Made by a program: the position numbers and the translations under genes. A stretch of DNA of 64,000 nt from Nitrospinaceae bacterium (GTDB taxonomy: Bacteria > Nitrospinota > Nitrospinia > Nitrospinales > VA-1), in contig JBHHVU010000008.1 of assembly GCA_046754465.1 (NCBI GenBank), forward strand, positions 17,214-81,213, given 5' to 3'. The stretch's first letter is position 1; every line of letters begins with the position of its first letter. The notes beneath the pieces were generated by a model. It was not told the origin of the DNA. It saw only the letters and a program-made list of their open reading frames with translations, and made no database searches. Below are positions 30,501-37,695 of the stretch, piece after piece.

Positions 30501-31219
30501 CGTTCCCCGAAAGCCAGAACCTGGTTCCATTCCCGGTCGAATTTAACGATTCGGTGGTTGCCGCTGTCGGAAATAAAAAAGTTTCCCAGGCTGTCCCGGG
30601 CGATGGAAGTGGGAAATTCAAAAATCGGTGGAGCAAACAGGTGAGACGGCGTTTCAAAAATGCAAGCGAGTTGTTCCTCCAGGACCGTTCCGCGGGTTCC
30701 CACCCATCCCAGAGAGTCTCCGTCGGGACTGAAGAATTGAATCCGGTGGTTGTATCGCTCGACGACGATGAGCCGGCCGGAAGGATCGATGAGAAGGTCG
30801 TAAGGTTCGTTCAATTGGCCCCGTCCCTCGCCACAGGAGCCGAAGACGGCCAAGGGGTTTCCCTGCCGATCGAATTTTTGCACCCGGTGGTTCCAACTGT
30901 CCGCCACATAGATGTTGCCGTCCGCGTCTACGGCGGTTCCCTTCGGGTAATGGAGTTCGCCCGGTTTGCCGCCTTTCCCGCCAAAACACCGGATGAGCCG
31001 GTGATCCGCATCGTAAATTTGAATCCGGTGATTGAAATCGTCGGCGACGATCAGGTTCCCTTCCGGAGTAAAAGCGAAACCGGAGGGAGGAGACGGTTCC
31101 GTACCCGCCCCCTCCTGGGGGCGGAAGGAGTTTTCAAAATGAATGAGGGGTCCTGGATCCGTAAAGGACCGAATGGCTTGATCCAGGGATGAATCGGAAG
31201 ACGGAGTCATGCGGGGCAC
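27578..31219 (-). CDS. large cytoplasmic protein: N-terminal NHL beta-propeller, about 570-aa helical linker, C-terminal NHL beta-propeller
   Basis: NHL signatures in the N-terminal third (FNHRIQIYD, WNHRVQKFD, YNHRIQFFS, GNHRIVKFD, NNDRIQGF) and again in the C-terminal third (DHHQIYRF, KNARIQKFT, PNHHRIQIYD, SNYVLKHF, WYHQILHL, DNSRIQAL). No signal peptide. Start is GTG 31219 or ATG 31210. Confidence 0.8.
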   Translation of the reverse strand: MPRMTPSSDSSLDQAIRSFTDPGPLIHFENSFRPQEGAGTEPSPPSGFAFTPEGNLIVADDFNHRIQIYDADHRLIRCFGGKGGKPGELHYPKGTAVDADGNIYVADSWNHRVQKFDRQGNPLAVFGSCGEGRGQLNEPYDLLIDPSGRLIVVERYNHRIQFFSPDGDSLGWVGTRGTVLEEQLACIFETPSHLFAPPIFEFPTSIARDSLGNFFISDSGNHRIVKFDREWNQVLAFGERGTGPAQFEYPLCVAVGPNDLLYVADLNNDRIQGFTSYGGFLFDSRGVEGTALIQAPCLTAIDPRGVLHVGLTFDTHILQFQAPVESQESLLNRRIQNDPGNWELLFQMARLLEEKGDTPNAVRALQNAARTLAKKNTGGEVPSHDAVDLLMDFSRRAIRGEDAVTGDLPRQGLELLGRRLDADRQAVLDCHRKWEAAAREHNVRLIAEQQSILEDKGDPREFNRELFEAEKRDKTLFREIRVLFYFYRKTAQKFSEYLGNILNSGRDPASLAPCLQTMENRYASLCQIMIRIMDEREKNEEAMVQAFGEMPDHREKWETFLTRFNGNRRAMDVLKHLQFELRTLLGILKGAALQFPKEATIKKILQRGFLDPPGAETPPKLLLGFQEDWPLHTSLEIMLKDLTDTRIASWDTQDPVRTRDIGVEDFSPVEFDSEELNLEDITRAVRIEGMLLKKDESRLVCGGEGYPLKAIGNQSGEWAERLLKILHHQTVYEIKYQEISRQLETLTRQKQELDAKLNHVNPQDKKTPITLQNNIAVLEFQMNLLRRMILTLGINEANNLCRLILGFSLLISSKNSKPPSAVEPLVAAIKSHQSELEEKIEGDLRDRKTRVFEVSRLTGVLEATDLAPSAGDLDQFMETQKQLGQTQASLEQLESGLERAFKARALVNKLFECGPMTGETGGFPVGNSSGLKFKFSFWKNGPRHGEFLKPYGIAHSPEGELLVADYDHHQIYRFSAEGGYLSHFGGWGNSPGFFRFPTCLQLDREGFIYVGEEKNARIQKFTREGEFVLSFGDREEPEQRLGAIFSLSIDRENRVWAADPNHHRIQIYDSKGKLVRSIKRRGEAPEDLFEPVSVYCLEDGEYLVSDRSNYVLKHFSSEHRLINGLHKGSLACEEIYFLTRHPGYGIFATDYWYHQILHLNSKLEVVSIYRNPGKRAGQFGKIGGLSIHGNLLFAADFDNSRIQALELTVPNFS

Positions 31220-31344
31220 GGAGGAAATTTTTGGATGATTTTAGATACGTCGGCAAGTTCCGGGGGGAATTTAATCATAACCAATGGTTGATTACAATAG
31301 ATTTCGGCCTGTGCCGGCATAGCGAAGTCATTTGCCAATATAAA

Positions 31345-32871
31345 CTAAGGTGCGGCCGCCGTGGAAGCCTCAATTTCAAAATCCGGAACACCTTGATCCC
31401 ATTCACGGTTGTTTAAACAGGAATCCAAGTTGAATTTTTTATTCCCTAAAACGGGTTTGGGGTTTTCCTCCAGCATGAGCAAAAGGTAAAGATAGGCAAA
31501 AGCCATTTGGTGGTTAAAACAGTATTGCACAGCCAATTTCATGCAAGATAAGGCCTGAGTATAATTTTTTTGCATCAACCTTATTTCACCCAGGTGAAAA
31601 TAGGTTTTACCCCTGATTTCCGGGTTGATTTTTAAATTTAAAACTTTTGCAAACAATTTTTCCGCTTCACTTACCTTGTTGTGTTGTTTTAATTCGGAAG
31701 CAGTGTGGTAAAGGGAGATGAATTCAGGCGCTGCCCCCTTGTTTTCAGGATTATTGTATAAATCGGCGCAGGTTTGGGAAAATTGTTTGAGATTTATAGC
31801 CCAACAATTCTGACAGGCGTGCGGAATTTTTTCTCCGTTGGAACAGAAATGCGTATAGAGAAAATATCTCATGGGAAATGAATTCCAGGAATTGTTATTT
31901 GGGCTCTCCGAGATATTCATAGGCAGTTCGATAGGCCCGCAACAAATATTTGGTTTGTTTTTGCCATGAAAATTTATCCAGTTGTCCACATAAGGGCAGG
32001 TCCCGACGGAATCCTGCATTTTCTTTGTGTGTCCCAGGAACGTAATATGCATTTCCTCCCTATCCCACCGGGAAATGAGGGAATTTATTTTCCTCTTGGA
32101 TTCCTCAAAGTTGCTGAAAATGGATTTTTTGTACAGGTATTCACTAAAGGGAAGCATGGAAGACAACATGATATCCCTGATGCCCTTTCTTGATGCCGTT
32201 TGAATGACCTCATCCAGGTTATCAATATTTTCTCCGTTAATTGCGATGAGCAGCACCACAACAGGCAACGTGCTGTTTAATTCCCTTTTTTCTCTTTGAA
32301 CGATTTCAGCTTTTTCCCAAAATTTTTGGATATAGCTCTTTTCCCCGGCACCGTGCCCAAGGGTTGTTTCCCCGTCAAAAGAAAGGGTGAGAATTTTAAG
32401 TTTGGATTGAATAAGGGACCGGATCCTTTTTTTATTTAGAGGGACTCCGCTGGTATAAATTTGGGATTCCTTCTCTTTGATTTTCCCCAGAAAATAGGTC
32501 GTATGGGGTGACTCAAGGGTTTCCCCTGCACCCACAAAAATAATGTTGGACGCGGATTCCAACCAGGGGGACAATTGGTCGAATTGTTCTGGAAGAAAAT
32601 ACTTGTAATCATCAAACAAAAAAGTTCGATCATGAAAACCTGAATTGCACATCCTACATCCGAGGCCACAGGTATATGAAGAGTTGATGGTGATAAATTT
32701 CGGTTTCTCAGCCTCTAAGTCTTTGAGAGGAAGGGATTTGTTTTTCACCTTTTTCAAAAGATCCGAAAGAAGCCTTAAATCTCTCGAAGGATTTTTCAAG
32801 AGAAATCGAGCCCGGTCTAAATCGTCCGACAGAATGAAATGGGCCGACTCTTCTTTTAAGCTCTGAAACAT
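31345..32871 (-). CDS. radical SAM protein with a Cys-rich auxiliary segment and C-terminal TPR-like repeats (paralog B)
   Basis: CGLGCRMC (CxxxCxxC), VGAGETL, a downstream C-x17-CC ... C-x2-C-W cysteine constellation, and a C-terminal TPR-like helical region. ATG 32871 is preceded by AAAGGAA. Confidence 0.8.
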   Translation of the reverse strand: MFQSLKEESAHFILSDDLDRARFLLKNPSRDLRLLSDLLKKVKNKSLPLKDLEAEKPKFITINSSYTCGLGCRMCNSGFHDRTFLFDDYKYFLPEQFDQLSPWLESASNIIFVGAGETLESPHTTYFLGKIKEKESQIYTSGVPLNKKRIRSLIQSKLKILTLSFDGETTLGHGAGEKSYIQKFWEKAEIVQREKRELNSTLPVVVLLIAINGENIDNLDEVIQTASRKGIRDIMLSSMLPFSEYLYKKSIFSNFEESKRKINSLISRWDREEMHITFLGHTKKMQDSVGTCPYVDNWINFHGKNKPNICCGPIELPMNISESPNNNSWNSFPMRYFLYTHFCSNGEKIPHACQNCWAINLKQFSQTCADLYNNPENKGAAPEFISLYHTASELKQHNKVSEAEKLFAKVLNLKINPEIRGKTYFHLGEIRLMQKNYTQALSCMKLAVQYCFNHQMAFAYLYLLLMLEENPKPVLGNKKFNLDSCLNNREWDQGVPDFEIEASTAAAP

Positions 32872-32886
32872 AAAATTCCTTTCTTT

Positions 32887-34425
32887 TTAGGAGCATTTGC
32901 ACCGGACGTTTAAAAAAGGGTTCAAGGAGCTGAAGTCGATTTTCCCCGGCCTATAAGGGGAATGTTCGGCGAAGTGGTTGAGGTGGTCTGATTTTAAAGT
33001 TCTCCTTTTTTCTCTTTCTTTGGTTTTTCCTGTGAGTACCAGCAAAAGGTAAAGATAGGTAAAGGCCATTTGATGATCAAAGCAATTCCGCACCGTCAGC
33101 TTCATGTAGGACAAGGCTTCTGGATAGTTCTTGTTTTTTATCCGCAATTCTCCCAGATGAAAAAAAACTTTACCTTTAAGGGAAATATTCTGGGTGATAT
33201 CCAAAATCCTTGAGAACATCTCTTCAGCTTCCGTCTCACGGTTTTCTCTTTTTAAATTTGAGGCGGTTCGATACAGACTGAGAGTTTCCTGGAAGTTTTC
33301 CCCGCGGGTGAAAGATGTTGTTGCGCTCTCGCAATATTTTTGGGGGTCCATGATCCAACAGTTTTGACAGGCAAGGGGAAGTTTTGTTGGGTCGGAAGAA
33401 AAATGCAGGTATCGGAAATAGCGAAATGGAAAAGAATTCCAATACGTTTCGGGTGAAAGGTTCCGGGTTTCCAGGGGCAGGGTTATGGGCCCGCAACATA
33501 TCGAGGGTTGATTGCGGTTCAAGTTGAATATCAGATGTTTGTCTACGAAATAACATGTCTCCGTTCTTTCCTGCATTTGTTCTTCTTCAAATATTCTGAT
33601 ATGCATGCCCCGGGCATTTCCTTTTCTGATCGCCTTATTAATCTTTTCCCTTGAATCATTTAGATTAGAAAATATAGATTTCTCGAACAGGCGCTCGTTC
33701 CAGGGAATCATGAAAATCAAATCAACGATCCGGATTTCATGGGAATAAGCGGTTTGGAAAATATCATCCAAGTATTCCAGGTTTTCTCTATCCAAAGCAA
33801 GGGTCATCATTGCGATTGGATGATTGCAGGATAGTTCCCGTTTTGTTTCCTGGAAAACTTTCAATTTTTCCCAAAATTTTTGAATATATTTTTCATTTCC
33901 GGCGCCATGGCCAACAGCGGTTTTCCCATCAAAGGAGAAGTTGATATATTGAAGTTTGGATTGGATCAGCCTTATTGTTTTTTCCCTGTTTAGGGGGACC
34001 CCACTGGTGGTGATAAAAGAAATCTTGCCATTTAGTTGCTTAATAAATTCATAGAGGTATGGAGAGTCCAGCGTTTCTCCCATACCTACCAATACGACAT
34101 GTGATGCGGATTTTATCCAGGGGGATAATTGTTCAAACTCTTTTGGCTGCAGATATTTATAACCTGGAAAAAGGTAAGTGCGGTCCGAAAACCCCGCATT
34201 ACACATCTCACAACCGACCCCACAAGTATAAGAAACAGAAGTGCTGATGATTTTTGGGAGTGTCGCTCTGAAAATTTTTAGAGGGGCCTCTTTCCCGGTT
34301 GCCTTCATCAATAGGTCCCGCAGTAGGTTTAATCCGCGGGATTGCTGCCGGATAAGCCCGCGAGCCTTTTCCAGGTCATCCACAAATATGGATTGGATAA
34401 TCTCTTTTTTTATGTTGGGTGGCAA
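32887..34425 (-). CDS. radical SAM protein with a Cys-rich auxiliary segment and C-terminal TPR-like repeats (paralog A)
   Basis: CGVGCEMC, VGMGETL, C-x18-CC ... C-x2-C-W, and a TPR-like C-terminus. TTG start at 34425 is preceded by GAGGAA. About half the residues are identical to paralog B by eye. Confidence 0.8.
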   Translation of the reverse strand: MPPNIKKEIIQSIFVDDLEKARGLIRQQSRGLNLLRDLLMKATGKEAPLKIFRATLPKIISTSVSYTCGVGCEMCNAGFSDRTYLFPGYKYLQPKEFEQLSPWIKSASHVVLVGMGETLDSPYLYEFIKQLNGKISFITTSGVPLNREKTIRLIQSKLQYINFSFDGKTAVGHGAGNEKYIQKFWEKLKVFQETKRELSCNHPIAMMTLALDRENLEYLDDIFQTAYSHEIRIVDLIFMIPWNERLFEKSIFSNLNDSREKINKAIRKGNARGMHIRIFEEEQMQERTETCYFVDKHLIFNLNRNQPSICCGPITLPLETRNLSPETYWNSFPFRYFRYLHFSSDPTKLPLACQNCWIMDPQKYCESATTSFTRGENFQETLSLYRTASNLKRENRETEAEEMFSRILDITQNISLKGKVFFHLGELRIKNKNYPEALSYMKLTVRNCFDHQMAFTYLYLLLVLTGKTKEREKRRTLKSDHLNHFAEHSPYRPGKIDFSSLNPFLNVRCKCS

Positions 34426-34467
34426 AGAGGTTTCCTCTGGAATTTTTTTTTAGTTATTTTATCGAGC

Positions 34468-34495
34468 AAAAAAAATCTGATCCTTTTTGTGGATC
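34468..34495 (-). terminator. weak candidate terminator between methyltransferase B and the radical SAM genes
   Basis: On the minus strand, a 5-bp stem GATCC/GGATC with a 7-nt loop is followed by AGATTTTTTTT. The stem is short. Confidence 0.3.
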
Positions 34496-34577
34496 GGTAA
34501 AAAAAGAAAGATAATCCTGAGTATTGTAAACAGTCCTGGATGACCTTCCTGGGAGGAGAACCCAATCCCCCGCTGCT

Positions 34578-35636
34578 TCACATTCTGGTGACGACGCTGA
34601 GCATCCACAACCCCTGGGGATTGACGTGGGAGGAATATTTTTTGAATCCAAAACCGTGATAATTGAGAAAATGGATCAGGTCTTCCTCCTTGAACCACAG
34701 GCTCTCTCCCGTGACGCCCGACAGTCCGTCTTCCCAGCCCCCCTCGGGATAAACTTCGAACGTGTAGGTCCCGCTTTCCAGGGTCACGTCGCGGGTTTTG
34801 CGTCCGGGGGGGGAATGGTCAGAGGAGATATGACCGCACAGGACGATGGTATCGCTGTGTTCCATGCAGGTTTTCAGGAGCCACCAGGGCTTGTCCGAAT
34901 GATAGAACACCCCCGCGCAAAAAATGATGTCAATTTTTTCCGTCACCAGTTGGGGGAACAGGTGCATATCCCCCAGGATCAGTTCGTAGTTCCGCCAGTT
35001 GTAGAGGGACCGGATCACTGATGTCTTCGCGTAATTCAGAGGGCGGGCTTCCAGCCCGATGACTTTCCGGGGTTTCTGATCCATGATCATGACTGTGTCG
35101 TGCCCTTCAAAGGGTCCCAGTTCCAGAACCGTCTTGTTTTGAAAATCGACTCCGGGCGGGACCGGGTGCCAATAGGGCGATTCCCCCGCCAGGGGAGACA
35201 ACCCGCGACCGAAAAGAAAATCGTCGAACTGGAAATTTAGTGGATCGCGCAGTTCCTCGATCAGGGAATAAGTTCTCAGCAGGGTTTTCAGGTGGATTGT
35301 CCGGCAGGGGCACAGGGACTGGATTTTGAGAAAGGTGTCGTACAACTGGCTAGCCTCCGCGCTGGAAGCAATGACGACCACATCCTCCGCTTTCAATTCG
35401 GACAGTTCTGTCATGGGCCGGATGAGGTGACCCTCCAGGGTGTCTTTTTCACGATACGCATCCTCCTCGAAAACACCGATCAAGGGGATATCGGTATTTT
35501 CGAGGGCCATCAAAAAAAGCGACGCGGAAGCCTTCGTGCCCACCACGGCAATGCAGCCGTTCAACTGTTTGCACTGGGCATAAATACAGCGCCGTAAAAT
35601 CGCGTTATCGAGTGGGAGTTTTCCGGGATCTGTCAT
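34578..35636 (-). CDS. class I SAM-dependent methyltransferase with an N-terminal Rossmann-like domain (paralog B)
   Basis: Motif I VLELGPFEGHDT, IIFCAGVFYH, and an N-terminal IAVVGTKASASLFL...IPLIGVFEED domain. ATG 35636 lies 1 nt after the paralog A stop. Confidence 0.75.
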   Translation of the reverse strand: MTDPGKLPLDNAILRRCIYAQCKQLNGCIAVVGTKASASLFLMALENTDIPLIGVFEEDAYREKDTLEGHLIRPMTELSELKAEDVVVIASSAEASQLYDTFLKIQSLCPCRTIHLKTLLRTYSLIEELRDPLNFQFDDFLFGRGLSPLAGESPYWHPVPPGVDFQNKTVLELGPFEGHDTVMIMDQKPRKVIGLEARPLNYAKTSVIRSLYNWRNYELILGDMHLFPQLVTEKIDIIFCAGVFYHSDKPWWLLKTCMEHSDTIVLCGHISSDHSPPGRKTRDVTLESGTYTFEVYPEGGWEDGLSGVTGESLWFKEEDLIHFLNYHGFGFKKYSSHVNPQGLWMLSVVTRM

Positions 35637-35637
35637 C

Positions 35638-36702
35638 TTATTTTTTGGAGGAGGAATGGGTTTTTGTCACGACGCTGAAAATCCAGAGTCCGGTCCCTTC
35701 GATGACGGTGGAACCGTAGGATTCGTAATGGAATCCATAATAGTTCAGAAACCGGATCAGGTCTTTTTCAGCAAACCAAAGGCTGCAGGGAGTCAACCCC
35801 GATAAACCGTCGCCATCTTCCGGGTATTCCTCGAAATGATACGTTCCGCTTTCCAGGGTCACGTCGCGGGTTTTGCGTCCGGGGGGTGAATCCCCGGAGG
35901 CCACGTGGCCGCACAGAACAATGGTTTCACTGTGTTGCATACAAGTTTGCAGCAGCCACCAGGGTTTGTCCGAATGATAGAATACCCCGGAGCAGAAAAT
36001 AATGTCTATTTCATCTTTTATCAGGTGGGGGAAAAGATGCATGTCACCCAGAACCAACTCATGGTTTTGCCATTTGTAAAGAGACCGCATCACGGAGGTT
36101 TTGGCATAATTCAACGGCCGGGCTTCCAGACTGATCACTTTTTTGGGTTTCAGGCTCATGAGCATGACGGTGTTGTTTCCTTCAAAGGGTCCCAACTCCA
36201 GAACTGTCTTGTTTTGAAAATCGACCCCGGGCGGGACCGGGTGCCAATAGGGCGATTCCTCCTCCAGGGGAGACAAGCCGCGGCCGAAAAGAAAATCGTC
36301 GAACCGGAATATCAGTGGATCGCGCAGTTCCTCGATCAGGGAATAAGTTCCCAGCAGGGTTTTCAGGTGGATCGTCCGGCAGGGGCACAGGGAGCGGATT
36401 TTTTGGAAAGTATCGTACAATTCAGTCGCCTCGGCGCTGGAGGCGATGACGACCACATCCTCGGGTTTCAGCAGGGACAGTTCGTTCAGGGATCGAACCG
36501 CATGACCCTCGAAAAATTTTTGGTGACGGAACGCGTCGACCTCATACACCCCCAGGACTGGGATCTCGGTGCCGCCAAGGATCTTCAGCAGGAAAGACGC
36601 GGAGGATCGGGTGCCCACGACCGCGATGCGCGCGTTGTACTTCTTGCACTGCCGGTAAACCAGCCGCTCCAACCGATCTTGAACCTCCCGCCGGGATGCC
36701 AC
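35638..36702 (-). CDS. class I SAM-dependent methyltransferase with an N-terminal Rossmann-like domain (paralog A)
   Basis: Same architecture (VLELGPFEGNNT; IIFCSGVFYH). Start is set at GTG 36702 (SD GGGAGGA 10 nt upstream), giving 354 aa against 352 aa for paralog B. The 445-aa ORF-track version overlaps the upstream GT2 gene. Confidence 0.7.
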   Translation of the reverse strand: MASRREVQDRLERLVYRQCKKYNARIAVVGTRSSASFLLKILGGTEIPVLGVYEVDAFRHQKFFEGHAVRSLNELSLLKPEDVVVIASSAEATELYDTFQKIRSLCPCRTIHLKTLLGTYSLIEELRDPLIFRFDDFLFGRGLSPLEEESPYWHPVPPGVDFQNKTVLELGPFEGNNTVMLMSLKPKKVISLEARPLNYAKTSVMRSLYKWQNHELVLGDMHLFPHLIKDEIDIIFCSGVFYHSDKPWWLLQTCMQHSETIVLCGHVASGDSPPGRKTRDVTLESGTYHFEEYPEDGDGLSGLTPCSLWFAEKDLIRFLNYYGFHYESYGSTVIEGTGLWIFSVVTKTHSSSKK

Positions 36703-36719
36703 GTCCGTTGCGTCCTCCC

Positions 36720-37658
36720 TCAATGAGTGATCATCAGTTTTTCGATCTCGGCATCGGGAACGGTCCTTGTCCTCTGGATGCGGTAGCGGCGCGCCAGCAG
36801 GGGAACGAGCTTCATCATGGCGGCGAACTTGCTTTTCAAGAGGACCGCGCCCTGCCCCCGGTAAGAAAAGTATTTGATGTCCGCTAGCTGGTGTTTCAGG
36901 ATGGTGAAGAAATATTTGAAGTACATTCCCAGGGACAAGTTTTTGATCAGGACATAAATATCGTTGCGCTTGCACAGGTAGACGTACCGGTCGCTATAGA
37001 GTCCCACCGTGGCCGTGCCGATGTGGTAGACCTTGGCTTGTGGCAAGTAGACGGCCTGGAATCCCTGGAGCTGACCGCGCATGTTCAGGTCCACGTCCTC
37101 GGCGAAGATGAAGAAATCCTCGTCGAAAACACCCACCGTGTCGAACAGTTCCCGGCGGTAGATTCCGGCCCCGGCGCAGGCGCCGAAAACGTATTCCTCC
37201 CGGTCGTACTGACCGGCGTCTTTTTCACCCTGCCCCCGCCCGCCGCCGGACGACCAGGCGTGGAACAGGTCGCCGGTGTTGTAAAAGGTGTCCCGTTGGT
37301 CCAGGAACATCATCTTGGTGGTTCCCATACCGCATTCCGGGTGCCGCTCCATGCCTTCGTAAAGCTGGGTGATCCAGCCGGGTTCCACCTCGATGTCGTT
37401 GTTGAGGAGGCAGATGTAATCCCCGCGTGCGGCCTGGATGCCCCGGTTGCAGGCCGTCGCGAACCCCATGTTCTCCGGCAGTTTGACCAGGCGGACCCAG
37501 GGGTATTCCTCCTCCACCAGTTCGCGGGATCCGTCCACCGAGCCATTATCCACCACGATCACTTCAAAAGCGCCGAAGGTGGACGCCGCGAGGGAATCCA
37601 GACACATCCCGATAAAACGGATTCCGTTCCAGTTGGGTACGATAACGCTGACTTTCAA
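36720..37658 (-). CDS. GT2 family glycosyltransferase
   Basis: VSVIVPNWNG...VIVVDNGSVDGS...NMGFATACNRG...LNNDIEV (GT-A fold, DxD-type). TTG start is preceded by AAGGAGG. Confidence 0.85.
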   Translation of the reverse strand: MKVSVIVPNWNGIRFIGMCLDSLAASTFGAFEVIVVDNGSVDGSRELVEEEYPWVRLVKLPENMGFATACNRGIQAARGDYICLLNNDIEVEPGWITQLYEGMERHPECGMGTTKMMFLDQRDTFYNTGDLFHAWSSGGGRGQGEKDAGQYDREEYVFGACAGAGIYRRELFDTVGVFDEDFFIFAEDVDLNMRGQLQGFQAVYLPQAKVYHIGTATVGLYSDRYVYLCKRNDIYVLIKNLSLGMYFKYFFTILKHQLADIKYFSYRGQGAVLLKSKFAAMMKLVPLLARRYRIQRTRTVPDAEIEKLMITH

Positions 37659-37695
37659 GGGAAGCCTCCTTTTTAAAATTTAAGGGGGACCGGCA

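Larger units (their letters stand above)
31220..34577. other. low-GC compositional island containing only the two radical-SAM/TPR genes
   Basis: Counted 60-nt lines inside the island (31441, 31561, 33601) have 26, 20 and 25 G+C (33-43%). Lines in flanking genes (28021, 35101, 37741) have 33, 33 and 38 (55-63%). Confidence 0.7.
34578..36702 (-). repeat. tandem duplication of a methyltransferase gene unit (period 1075 nt)
   Basis: 35239-35318 matches 36314-36393 with 2 mismatches in 80 nt. 35106-35229 matches 36181-36304 with 8 mismatches in 124 nt. Other parts of the genes are clearly more divergent. Confidence 0.85.

Noticed and set aside
31189-31416. 75-aa plus-strand ORF spanning the rSAM-B / NHL intergenic gap
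   Set aside because: It is on the opposite strand to the whole array and overlaps both flanking genes' ends. It has no RBS and no recognisable features.
31220-34577. Low-GC island considered as a mobile element
   Set aside because: No integrase, transposase, inverted terminal repeats or tRNA target is visible. I keep it only as a compositional anomaly (reported as a finding), not as a mobile_element feature.
34426-34698. Small ORFs (65-79 aa) near the radical SAM genes, considered as possible RiPP precursor peptides
   Set aside because: They overlap the 3' end of methyltransferase B or the rSAM genes in other frames. They lack SD sequences and any leader/core-like pattern, and none is duplicated alongside the duplicated enzymes.
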